DNA from: Candidatus Magasanikiibacteriota bacterium
Lineage (GTDB): Bacteria; Patescibacteriota; Patescibacteriia; Magasanikbacterales; 2-02-FULL-50-9b
Assembly (NCBI GenBank): GCA_903893485.1
Contig: CAITMK010000014.1
Coordinates: 66,144-130,143, forward strand
Reading direction: 5' to 3'
Length of the DNA: 64,000 nucleotides
The position numbers and the translations under genes were made by a program. This document shows positions 50,783 through 59,934 of the stretch, piece after piece (the first letter of the stretch is position 1; each line of letters begins with the position of its first letter). Below the pieces are notes generated by a model. The model ran no database searches. It worked only from the letters and a program-made list of their open reading frames with translations, and was not told the DNA's origin.

Positions 50783-51079
50783 CTATTTAATCAAAAATTT
50801 CTTGCCATACAAAGACATCGCGTCAATGATTTTAGCTAATTTAGAGCCTTGTTTTGTAATACGATAAAATGAGTCTTTTTTTAAAAGAATACCTTCTGCT
50901 TCCAAATTCTTAAGTTTGCTCGTTAACGTGCGTGTACTGATACCGGACAACGAAGATTCGAGCTCAGTAAAACGCATTTTGCCGCGTAGCAAGTCGCGAA
51001 TAATAAGCATGGTCCACCGATCGGACAATAAACTGGCAACACGCGCCACGGGACATTCTGATGGTTCATGAGATGACAT
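50783..51079 (-). CDS. HxlR-family winged-helix regulator
   Basis: CPVARVASLLSDRWTMLIIRDL..RFTEL..ISTRTLTSKLK. Confidence 0.92.
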   Translation of the reverse strand: MSSHEPSECPVARVASLLSDRWTMLIIRDLLRGKMRFTELESSLSGISTRTLTSKLKNLEAEGILLKKDSFYRITKQGSKLAKIIDAMSLYGKKFLIK

Positions 51080-51100
51080 GACAAAAGCATAGCATTTTGG

Positions 51101-51131
51101 CTTTACTTTGTAAAGGCTTTACAAAGTAAAG
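51101..51131. promoter_or_regulatory. Perfect 15-1-15 palindrome, probable HxlR operator
   Basis: CTTTACTTTGTAAAG-G-CTTTACAAAGTAAAG between the divergent HxlR-family and YceI genes. Confidence 0.75.
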
Positions 51132-51175
51132 TAACTACGCTACACTGTTTCTATTCACTCAATAACTTCTCTTCT

Positions 51176-51700
51176 ATGAGCACATGGACCATTGACGGCG
51201 CACATTCAGAAATCGCCTTTAAAATCAAGCATCTCGTAATTTCAACGGTACGCGGCACGTTCAAAAAATTTAGCGGCGTCGGTATTGCCGCAGATGACAC
51301 CTTTGAAAATGCGGCAATCAACTTTACCGCCGAAACTGCGAGTATTGAAACAAATAACGAAGGTCGTGATGAGCATTTACGTGGCGCTGATTTTTTTGAT
51401 TCCGCAATCCACCCTACCATTAATTTTGTTTCAACTTCATTTACAAAAAAAGATGGAAATCTTTTTGAACTAGTTGGTGATCTGACCATGAAGGGTGTTA
51501 CCAAATCAGTTTCACTCACAACTGAATTTAATGGCATCGGCAAAAATATGGGTGGCCAACGTTTTGCAAGTTTTAATCTTTCTGGAACTCTTAATCGTAA
51601 CGATTTTGGACTTACCTGGAATTCAATTCTTGAAATGGGCGGCCTTGCGCTCAGCGAGGAGCTTGTTTTGGAAATGACCATCGAAGCAATCGAAGAATAA
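51176..51700 (+). CDS. yceI: YceI family polyisoprenoid-binding protein
   Basis: WTIDGAHSEIAFKIKH, RDEHLRGADFFD, GDLTMKGVTK. Confidence 0.93.
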   Translation: MSTWTIDGAHSEIAFKIKHLVISTVRGTFKKFSGVGIAADDTFENAAINFTAETASIETNNEGRDEHLRGADFFDSAIHPTINFVSTSFTKKDGNLFELVGDLTMKGVTKSVSLTTEFNGIGKNMGGQRFASFNLSGTLNRNDFGLTWNSILEMGGLALSEELVLEMTIEAIEE

Positions 51701-51740
51701 AAATCAGAAAATAAAAAAACCTCCCAATCGGGAGGTTTTT

Positions 51741-51869
51741 TTATTTTCGTTTTTTCTTTTGTCCTCCACGAACCTGCGGCTCATGTGGCTGCGGAATATT
51801 TTGCACTAACACTTTTTTAGTTGCCAACCGTCCGCTCGGTCGACCAATAATTTTTTTACCTGCGCTCAT
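51741..51869 (-). CDS. 42-aa basic small protein
   Basis: Manual translation: MSAGKKIIGRPSGRLATKKVLVQNIPQPHEPQVRGGQKKKRK. The stop abuts the bidirectional terminator at 51713-51742. Confidence 0.55.
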   Translation of the reverse strand: MSAGKKIIGRPSGRLATKKVLVQNIPQPHEPQVRGGQKKKRK

Positions 51870-51914
51870 ATAATAATTTTATACGGTCATCATAGCTTGA
51901 CATGAATCTACATG

Positions 51915-52172
51915 TCAATCATTGGTGATGTCTTTTCCATTTTCATTTACGACCTGGATAATTCCTACTGGGCAACATTGCGCGGCATATTTATTATCTT
52001 CAATTTCGATGTCCGCAATCTCGGCAACAAATACATCATTTTTTTGCACGGCGCGTTTTAAACACGCTTTGCCGTCTTCTGCATTCATTTCCCAGTTCCC
52101 TGGCGATGTTTCAACGCATGATCCGCATCCAATACATGCATCACGAAAATGAATTATTTTGCATTTGCTCAT
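51915..52172 (-). CDS. Ferredoxin
   Basis: CIGCGSC...CPVGII. Confidence 0.9.
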   Translation of the reverse strand: MSKCKIIHFRDACIGCGSCVETSPGNWEMNAEDGKACLKRAVQKNDVFVAEIADIEIEDNKYAAQCCPVGIIQVVNENGKDITND

Positions 52173-53410
52173 ACAATGCGTTCGCGAATCACAAACAACT
52201 TATCGTTCACACGCACGCGCTCCGGCAATAAAATAGAAATCACATCTCCTTTTTTTGCAATCTGTGCCGGCTTATCATTTACAAATAAACTTTCGAGTTT
52301 TAGTTTTACCATGCCCGTGTTATCTCCGACAATTAATAGTTCTTCACCAACTTGCAAATCTCCCGAATCCAAAATAAATTCACCAACACTTTTTTGTGAG
52401 AAAAAATTAGTCACACGTCCAATCTGTACATTGTGCGTCTGCGTGTGCGAGCCGTATTCACCACTCCATTCACCCAATTCTTTTCCTAAATAATATCCGC
52501 CGTGCCAAAACCCGCGGTTATATACCGTCTCCAATTCCTTCACCCAGGCATCACATTTTTCTTTGGTATAAGTTCCCTGCTCAACCGCATCAGCGGCCTC
52601 ACGATAACATTTCGTTACCGTGTACACATAATCAACGGAACGGCCGCGGCCTTCAAGTTTTAAAACGCTCACACCTGCATCAAGCAACTGATCTACAAAT
52701 TGAATCGTACACAAATCTTTTGGCGACATCACATATTTATTATCGATCACCAATTCTTCGTTTGTTTCTTCATCAATCACGCGATAGGCGCGGCGGCAAT
52801 TTTGTGTGCACGCGCCACGATTTGCCGATGCATTATTTGTTGCCAAACTCATGTAGCACTTACCAGAAATCGCAACACACAGTGCGCCGTGCGCAAAAAT
52901 TTCGATTTGTACGAGCTGGCCATTTGGCCCCACTACTTTATCGCGCGCAATACCATCAACAATCGCTTTAATTTGTTTCAACGTTAACTCACGCGCCAAA
53001 ACAACCACGTCCGCAAACTTTGCAAAAAATTTAACTGCTTCCAAATTACTAACATTTTGCTGTGTTGAAATATGAATCTCCATGCCAATTGACGATGCAT
53101 ATTGCAGCGCTGCAATATCACACGCAATAATCGCCGTTACCCCTGCAGATTTTGCGGTGTCACAAATTTTCTTCATGAGCGTAATGTCATGATCGTACAA
53201 AATGGTGTTCACTGTAAGATACGATTTCACGCCCGCGGCTTTTGCAATTTCCACGATTTTTGGCAAATCAGTAACCTTAAAATTATTGGTGGAGCGCGCA
53301 CGCATATTAAGCTGCTCCACGCCAAAATATACGGAGTTCGCTCCAGCTTTAATGGCGGTTTGTAACGCGGCAAACGAGCCGGCTGGTGACATGATTTCGA
53401 TCTTGCTCAT
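52169..53410 (-). CDS. U32 family protein (probable Fe-S RNA hydroxylase, TrhP/RlhA-like)
   Basis: EIMSPAG, HGALCVAISGKC, NRGACTQNCR, SPKDL, KLEGR. Confidence 0.92.
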   Translation of the reverse strand: MSKIEIMSPAGSFAALQTAIKAGANSVYFGVEQLNMRARSTNNFKVTDLPKIVEIAKAAGVKSYLTVNTILYDHDITLMKKICDTAKSAGVTAIIACDIAALQYASSIGMEIHISTQQNVSNLEAVKFFAKFADVVVLARELTLKQIKAIVDGIARDKVVGPNGQLVQIEIFAHGALCVAISGKCYMSLATNNASANRGACTQNCRRAYRVIDEETNEELVIDNKYVMSPKDLCTIQFVDQLLDAGVSVLKLEGRGRSVDYVYTVTKCYREAADAVEQGTYTKEKCDAWVKELETVYNRGFWHGGYYLGKELGEWSGEYGSHTQTHNVQIGRVTNFFSQKSVGEFILDSGDLQVGEELLIVGDNTGMVKLKLESLFVNDKPAQIAKKGDVISILLPERVRVNDKLFVIRERIV

Positions 53411-53510
53411 GGCCAAAAGATTAGTCCTTTTTTTGAAAATTGTCAATGAATAAAAACGGCGCGCAAACCCTGTGCCGTCTGGCATTGAGTTTGCGCGCGT
53501 AACAGCCTGC

Positions 53511-54119
53511 TTAGGGGCGAAGACAAACGCCCAAGATCGCGAACGCTGCCGCCGAAACGATCATGGTCGCCACGTTAACCCGGTCGAGCCACGGCCCATT
53601 TTGGTACCAAGGCAACTTCAGGAGCCGCAAGGGATGCGAGCCCAGAAAGATTACGAGCCACAGTCCGCTGCCCATGAGCACCAAATCGTGCACGGACCGG
53701 CCAGACGTTGCCGACGAGTAGAAAAGCAGCACCACCGTGATCACCGCACCCATGAACAGTGCGTGCATCCAGCCCGACAACGTTACGCGATGGTGCATGA
53801 CGTGCGCTTCGAACGCAGGGCTTTTGGCATACCACAACTGCGCAATCAAGCCGAGTGTGATTCCTGCCGTACCTGCGCGCCAGATGTTGTAGTTACTCCA
53901 CTGAGCATGGTACGTCCCGATGATGTACCCCATGAGCGGCGAGATGACGAGTAGGTCGCCCCACATTGCCAAATGTGCGTTCCACGGAATGCTGCGCGCC
54001 ACGTGATGGCGGTCCAACATTTGCCGCCACGAGAATGTACCTTCGATGTAAGAAAACAACCCGCCCCACATACACACCACAAAGAAACCGACTGCCCACA
54101 AAATTCCAACACTGTTCAT
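53511..54119 (-). CDS. Hypothetical multi-TM protein (SD-led unit)
   Basis: GGAGG SD; TTGACA upstream; 3' hairpin at 53452-53500. Confidence 0.72.
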   Translation of the reverse strand: MNSVGILWAVGFFVVCMWGGLFSYIEGTFSWRQMLDRHHVARSIPWNAHLAMWGDLLVISPLMGYIIGTYHAQWSNYNIWRAGTAGITLGLIAQLWYAKSPAFEAHVMHHRVTLSGWMHALFMGAVITVVLLFYSSATSGRSVHDLVLMGSGLWLVIFLGSHPLRLLKLPWYQNGPWLDRVNVATMIVSAAAFAILGVCLRP

Positions 54120-54286
54120 GATCCCCTCCCTGCAGCTATTCGCCGCGACATTGTAATTATGTTGGCAGAAAAACCTGAAAATGTCAACACCAAACTAGAC
54201 CAATCGTATAAAGTTATCCCCTAAAATAATACTAAAGATAGCGATGCCTGCTATACTCAACTTACTTAATTTTGTACCTTAAAAAT

Positions 54287-55870
54287 ATGCAGGGATTCAA
54301 TAGAATCTTGGGAAGCGCCACGACACTTTTATTCGTGTTAAGCTTTGCAGGACCCACAACCTTATTCGCCGCAAATCCACCACCACTCGGATATTCGATT
54401 ACCTATGGTATTCTTGCGAACACTTATACCAACACCACACTTGGAACAACAGTGGCTGGCGATATTGGTTACACAACTGCTCCAGCAATTGTGGCGGCTG
54501 GCGTTCACAACAATCTTGGCTCCGAAGCGCCGTATGCTGCGGCTGGAGCAGATCAAGGCACTGCATTAGCAAATTTAAATTCACAACCCTGTACTTTCAC
54601 TTTTGCACCAGGAGCAATTGATCTTTCAACAGATACAACTCACGGAACAATTGCCACATATGGCCCGGGTGTATATTGCAGTACCGGCGCAATGGATGTT
54701 GGCGGCCCTATTTCACTTAACGGCGCTGGCACCTATATTTTTAGACCAAGCGGCGCACTTACTTCAACAACCGGTTCTGTAATTTCATTATCTGGCGCGT
54801 CTGCTTGTAATGTATTTTGGACACCAGGAGGCGCAACATCATTGGCAACAAATACTACTTTTGTTGGTACTGATATTGATGTCGCTGGCATAACCGTTGG
54901 ATCAACTGTAACTTGGGTTGGCCAAGCATTAGCATTTGGAGGAACCATTAGCACTGACGCAGATACCATCAGCGTTCCAAACTGTACAGTTGTACCAAAA
55001 GCACCGATCGTTGGACAAGGTGGAGGTTACACAACACCAACCGCAGCCGTTGTACCACCACTTATTCATATTACAAAAATTCCAGACCCACTTTTATTAA
55101 CCGCTGGACCTGGATTAGTAACATACAATTACACGGTAACCAATGTTGGTCTTGTGCCAATGAGTAATATTACCGTCATCGACAATAAATGCAGCGCGGT
55201 TACCCTGTTATCTGGCGATTCAAATCTTGATTCAAAACTTGATGTTGGAGAAATTTGGAAATATCGTTGTGCCATGACGCTTTCCGAAACAACAACGAAT
55301 ACAGTTACCGCAACGGGGCAAGCAAGCGGTCTAACTGCAACCGATATCGCAGAATCAACGGTTGCTGTGAGCGCACCACTTCCTCCACCACTTATTGACC
55401 TTATCAAAATTCCAGACCCACTGGTACTTCCATCGACTGGTGGTGTAGTAAAATATACCTACACCGTTACCAATCCTGGCGTCACACCACTTAGCAACGT
55501 TTCGGTGGTTGATGATAAATGTATTCCCGTAAGCGGACCAAGTGGTGACACAAACAATAATAATTTGTTAGACATGAACGAGACGTGGACATATACGTGC
55601 AGCTCAGTGTTACACGAAACCACCGCTAACGTCGGCACTGCTACCGGGAGCGCCAATGGTATGTCAGCTCAGCATTCTTCAATTGCGCTCGTTGTTGTAA
55701 ATGCACCCGCACTAACAATAAAAACGCCAACCTCAACAGTTCCAAAATTACCAAACACGGGTGTTAACCAAAACAATAATTTCTTGCAAATTTGTTTTGG
55801 CCTTGTGGGATTATTTGCACTTTTAGCAGCGTTCTTTAAAGGCAAAGAAATTCTTGCATCGCGCCGCTAA
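54287..55870 (+). CDS. DUF3494 ice-binding-like protein with two Ig-like repeats and an LPNTG sorting signal
   Basis: Signal peptide; PGVYC..YIFR..ACNVFW..FVGT; two TYxYTVTNxG repeats; LPNTG-TM-basic tail. Confidence 0.88.
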   Translation: MQGFNRILGSATTLLFVLSFAGPTTLFAANPPPLGYSITYGILANTYTNTTLGTTVAGDIGYTTAPAIVAAGVHNNLGSEAPYAAAGADQGTALANLNSQPCTFTFAPGAIDLSTDTTHGTIATYGPGVYCSTGAMDVGGPISLNGAGTYIFRPSGALTSTTGSVISLSGASACNVFWTPGGATSLATNTTFVGTDIDVAGITVGSTVTWVGQALAFGGTISTDADTISVPNCTVVPKAPIVGQGGGYTTPTAAVVPPLIHITKIPDPLLLTAGPGLVTYNYTVTNVGLVPMSNITVIDNKCSAVTLLSGDSNLDSKLDVGEIWKYRCAMTLSETTTNTVTATGQASGLTATDIAESTVAVSAPLPPPLIDLIKIPDPLVLPSTGGVVKYTYTVTNPGVTPLSNVSVVDDKCIPVSGPSGDTNNNNLLDMNETWTYTCSSVLHETTANVGTATGSANGMSAQHSSIALVVVNAPALTIKTPTSTVPKLPNTGVNQNNNFLQICFGLVGLFALLAAFFKGKEILASRR

Positions 55871-55882
55871 TCGAAAAACATT

Positions 55883-56479
55883 TTGTCCGCAAAAATTCTA
55901 AAATTTGGAATTCTTGGAGTAATCGTAGTTGGTTCTGTAGGCATGTATTTTCAAAATGCCTATGGCACCTCTTCGTATTCAATCGAATTCGCACCCTCGC
56001 TAGAAAATAATGCTGCCCTACCCGCCATTCATATTGGTGCGCCACAACGAATCCAAATTCCAGAAATTGCGCTTGATGCGGTAATCGAAAGCGTTGCTTT
56101 AACAGCAGACGGATCAATGGACGTACCAAAAGATCCTCTCAATGCCGGCTGGTATTCGCTTGGACCCCGACCAGGAGAAATCGGAAGTGCAGTTATCGAT
56201 GGTCATGTAAACTGGATACACAACAGTGTCGCTGTTTTTACAGATCTTCACAAAATAATATCAGGAGACACCATAATCATATCTGACGATACTGGCGCAC
56301 AAACAAAATTTAGCGTTCGCAAAACAGAACTCTACAACGCCGCAGAAAATGCAGCGGATATTTTTACATCAACAGATAATAAATCTCATTTAAATTTGAT
56401 CACCTGCGACGGAGAATGGGATAAAGTTGCGCGCCAATATAAACAAAGATTTATTGTCTTTGCAGACAAAGTTGATTAA
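55883..56479 (+). CDS. Class F sortase
   Basis: GWYSLGPRPGEIGSAVIDGH, LNLITC, YKQRFIV. Confidence 0.92.
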   Translation: MSAKILKFGILGVIVVGSVGMYFQNAYGTSSYSIEFAPSLENNAALPAIHIGAPQRIQIPEIALDAVIESVALTADGSMDVPKDPLNAGWYSLGPRPGEIGSAVIDGHVNWIHNSVAVFTDLHKIISGDTIIISDDTGAQTKFSVRKTELYNAAENAADIFTSTDNKSHLNLITCDGEWDKVARQYKQRFIVFADKVD

Positions 56480-56487
56480 ATAGCGCG

Positions 56488-56790
56488 TTAAAATGTTTTG
56501 TCTAAAAGCTCAGCAAGTTTCTTTTTGGCGCTAATTGTAAACACAATTTTTTCTTCATCGCTACGCGCAGCCATCACTTGATTTATCTTTTCAAGATCGC
56601 CAGCCTGCATTGCCACGGCTAATTCTTTTGCATTTTCATCGCCTATCGTTTTCACGTATTCGCTCAAGCCAAATAACACAGCCAATTCAAAAGCGCCCAT
56701 GAGATACTTTTCAGTTTCTTCTTCGCTAATTCCCTGCGCTAATAATTTTTCGCGACCTTCCGCCAACTGATGTACAAAAATAGTAAGCAT
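56488..56790 (-). CDS. Hypothetical protein
   Basis: Helical ORF coupled to the upstream gene. Confidence 0.65.
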   Translation of the reverse strand: MLTIFVHQLAEGREKLLAQGISEEETEKYLMGAFELAVLFGLSEYVKTIGDENAKELAVAMQAGDLEKINQVMAARSDEEKIVFTISAKKKLAELLDKTF

Positions 56791-56795
56791 ATAAA

Positions 56796-57164
56796 TTAGG
56801 AAATTCCTTCATCACGTGGCAAGCTCGGAATGTGTGTATTTTTGATACCCCGCACAGCATCACGGATTTTTTCAACGCCGTCTTTTACCGTTGTGATCAA
56901 AAAACCCGACGACATGGCCGCAACAAACCCAACCAAGGCTGCCGCATACGGCGCATCGTAGTAAGCTAAACCACCCGCAATAGCGGGCAAGGCAAGTCCT
57001 TCAACGATATGGTGCATGCCTTTATACATCTGCGCCGCAGTTTCGTTATGAATTAAAAGCTCTCTTTTTTCATCTTCCATTTCTCGATTCATTCTACGCA
57101 TTGGCGATTCGCGATGCAATTCTCGAGGCAATGGTAAGTCTTTTGGCAATGCAAGTTCGGCCAT
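56796..57164 (-). CDS. Hypothetical membrane protein
   Basis: Two hydrophobic segments. Confidence 0.65.
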   Translation of the reverse strand: MAELALPKDLPLPRELHRESPMRRMNREMEDEKRELLIHNETAAQMYKGMHHIVEGLALPAIAGGLAYYDAPYAAALVGFVAAMSSGFLITTVKDGVEKIRDAVRGIKNTHIPSLPRDEGIS

Positions 57165-57252
57165 ATAAAAATATTATGGAATTAGTATATCACACCGTGC
57201 GGGCATGGCTCTGGCACAGCACGCCCATTTACTGCTAAAATAGCCCTGCTCT

Positions 57253-58629
57253 ATGCACGAATATTCTGCGGCGGCAGAGATAGATTTTATTACTTCGACC
57301 CAGATACAGCGTCTTTTAAAATTTCAAAAAAAAATAGCGTCCTTGCACATTCCACTTGATACAAAAAACCTCGTGCAGGCGCAAACAAAAAATTTATTGG
57401 CGCTGTGTAAAAATGCAACACCTGACGCAGCTCGGACTTTGCAGGGCCAAGTCGCTGCGCTACTCGCCAGTGTTGATTGGCAATCCCCTTCTTTTTTGCA
57501 TTCAACGTATGCCGAAGCAGGTACCCAAGAAGGCCGAATCGTGGGCACGGTTAATGATTACAAGCGCGATCAACATTTTGACGCGGTTGATTATGAATCA
57601 GCATTTCGATCTCAATATATTGACGCCCCGCTACGCCTGCCGCCCGCGGTTTTTTTAACCAATAGCGGCATGGCCGCATTTTCGACGATTATTTCGTGTC
57701 TGCATATGGACGGCGCCGCAAACGGGCCAATCCTGGCGGGCAACGCCTGCTACTTTCAGGAAAAGCGAGTGCTTGAAAATTTTTTTCCAAAAACACTTCA
57801 CTTTGCTGACGAAACAAATAGTGAAAATTTTTTAGCCGCGGTTGAAAAATTGCAACCCGCGGTGATTTTTCTAGATACACTCTGCAATACCGAAAACATT
57901 GAGATGCCTGATTTAAAAAAATTAATTCCTGCAATTGCAAAAATAATTACGCGCACTACAACACTCGTGCTCGATAATACCGGACTCGGGCCCACCTATC
58001 AGCCGCTTGCCGATATGCCCGCGATTCCCGGCAAATTACGTCTTGTGGTATACGAAAGCTTACTGAAATATCATCAATTTGGTTTCGATCGCATCTCAGC
58101 GGGCATCATGTGGACACCAGGATTAACACCGATAAAATTATTTGCGCGTCGCATGGATTTAGGCACCAATATTTCAGATACTGCGGCGCTTTCACTCCCA
58201 GTTCCAAATCGCAAACTGCTCGAAGCTCGGATGATACAAATTGGCAGTAACGCCCGTTTCTTGGCGCATGAATTAGAAAATTTTATAAGCACGCGTAAAA
58301 CAAAATTTACTGGCGTTTCCTACCCAGGACTTACACCAGCTCAAGAAAAAACTTTTTACGGTGGATGTCTCGTGCTTCGCGGTGCGGCAAAAAAACCAGA
58401 CGTCGCCTTGTATAATCGATTCATTGCCACCGTTATTACCGAAGCAAAAAAGCAACATATCCCCCTTATTGCCGGCTCCAGTTTTGGATTCAACACTACC
58501 CGAATTTACCTCACCGCGCTGCGTGCAGACACCATAACACGCCCATTCTTACGCATTTCTGCCGGAACTGAGTCGCCAACACAAATCAAAGCGCTTGCAG
58601 AAATCTTCAAAAAAGCACTTGGCCATTGA
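57253..58629 (+). CDS. PLP-dependent Cys/Met metabolism family enzyme
   Basis: NSGMAA, LVLDNT, ESLLKY, LRISAGTE. Confidence 0.85.
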   Translation: MHEYSAAAEIDFITSTQIQRLLKFQKKIASLHIPLDTKNLVQAQTKNLLALCKNATPDAARTLQGQVAALLASVDWQSPSFLHSTYAEAGTQEGRIVGTVNDYKRDQHFDAVDYESAFRSQYIDAPLRLPPAVFLTNSGMAAFSTIISCLHMDGAANGPILAGNACYFQEKRVLENFFPKTLHFADETNSENFLAAVEKLQPAVIFLDTLCNTENIEMPDLKKLIPAIAKIITRTTTLVLDNTGLGPTYQPLADMPAIPGKLRLVVYESLLKYHQFGFDRISAGIMWTPGLTPIKLFARRMDLGTNISDTAALSLPVPNRKLLEARMIQIGSNARFLAHELENFISTRKTKFTGVSYPGLTPAQEKTFYGGCLVLRGAAKKPDVALYNRFIATVITEAKKQHIPLIAGSSFGFNTTRIYLTALRADTITRPFLRISAGTESPTQIKALAEIFKKALGH

Positions 58630-58698
58630 CAGAAAAGCGAAATTCTGCTACACTAGGCATCAATACGGTCGACTCTCAATCAAAACAAGCTTTCCAAT

Positions 58699-58902
58699 AT
58701 GACAGGTTCTATCAAGTCCCTTCCACCAGGCAAAGAGTTCGGCTTCATCAGCCAATCAAACGGCGACAAAGACGTGTTTTTCCACACATCTGAAGTTGTT
58801 GCTCCACTCGCATTCGCAGACCTCAAAATCGGCGATACAGTGACTTTTGAGCTTCAGGATTCTCCAAAGGGTCCTAAGGCAACTCAGGTTGCTCGCGCAT
58901 AA
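58699..58902 (+). CDS. Cold shock protein
   Basis: FGFI and DVFFH RNP motifs; KGPKATQV. Confidence 0.93.
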   Translation: MTGSIKSLPPGKEFGFISQSNGDKDVFFHTSEVVAPLAFADLKIGDTVTFELQDSPKGPKATQVARA

Positions 58903-59037
58903 TTGCACGACATCCCAAACAGCCGCCCTTCGGGGCGGTTTTTTGTTTGCATCAAAATTGACTAATGGCAGTAAATAGCGTAAAAAAGGTAAAGGGCAGC
59001 CGCCCACATATCCGAAAACCCAGCAAGGAGATCTTTG

Positions 59038-59814
59038 ATGAAATCGCACAATATTCTGCCCACGGGCTATCAGAGCCTACGGGAATTTTGGCGCGCGAGC
59101 GCCCTTCATACGGCAACGTGTGGTGCTCTTACCGATTTCGAAATCTGGAGCGTCAAGCGCCATCTGGACAACCACCAGACGTGCGTGGACTTTCAATGCC
59201 CGGTCATGAAAATCGATAAGTGGCTACTGCTACTTGATGCGTTCATTTTTGTTGGCTGCTCCGCGATTGGATTCGTAATCATTTCAGGATGGCTCCTGAT
59301 CGGATTGCCGATTGCAGGGATCAGCTTTTACGTCAGGGGGAAACTGATTCAAAGCCAACTGGCATACCATCGTAGTCAAGAAGCAGCACCACCCGGCAAC
59401 ATGGATACGATCCGCGCGCGAGGATTCGTGCAATGGGATATCCAGCAGATGCAAACCCACTGGGCATCAGTGCAAGCGTGGCACCGCGATGTGGAGCAAG
59501 ACCCGCTCAATCAGGCCAAGCTGCTAACGCATTCTGAGGACTTTACGGGGGTCGTAGAGGCCTATTTGAACCATCAGCGCGGTAAAGCCATTGCAGCCGA
59601 CTTCAACAGCCTGTACGAGCTGCACCTGGCTACCGTGAATTTGTACCAAAAATACACCACGGCCGCAGATCAGGCCGTGGCGAGCCGACAAAAGCTGGGC
59701 GAATTGGCTCCCGGTATTCATCTGAAAATGGTTGCGGTGCAAGTGGGCGCCATGCGTACAACACTGCGTCAGATGCGAGCAATCGCAAATCTGCCAATCA
59801 ACACATCCTTGTAA
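59038..59814 (+). CDS. Two-TM plus helical hypothetical protein (SD-led unit)
   Basis: AAGGAG SD; TTGACT upstream; 3' hairpin at 59819-59864. Confidence 0.7.
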   Translation: MKSHNILPTGYQSLREFWRASALHTATCGALTDFEIWSVKRHLDNHQTCVDFQCPVMKIDKWLLLLDAFIFVGCSAIGFVIISGWLLIGLPIAGISFYVRGKLIQSQLAYHRSQEAAPPGNMDTIRARGFVQWDIQQMQTHWASVQAWHRDVEQDPLNQAKLLTHSEDFTGVVEAYLNHQRGKAIAADFNSLYELHLATVNLYQKYTTAADQAVASRQKLGELAPGIHLKMVAVQVGAMRTTLRQMRAIANLPINTSL

Positions 59815-59934
59815 CAATATTCTCGGGGTTTGGTCAAAAGCCGAGCTCCGAGGATTTATTTTTTTAAGCCACAAAGACCTCTTGCGTAATTAGAAATAAT
59901 TTGATACAATTTGGCGGTAAAATTGAATAGGCGT

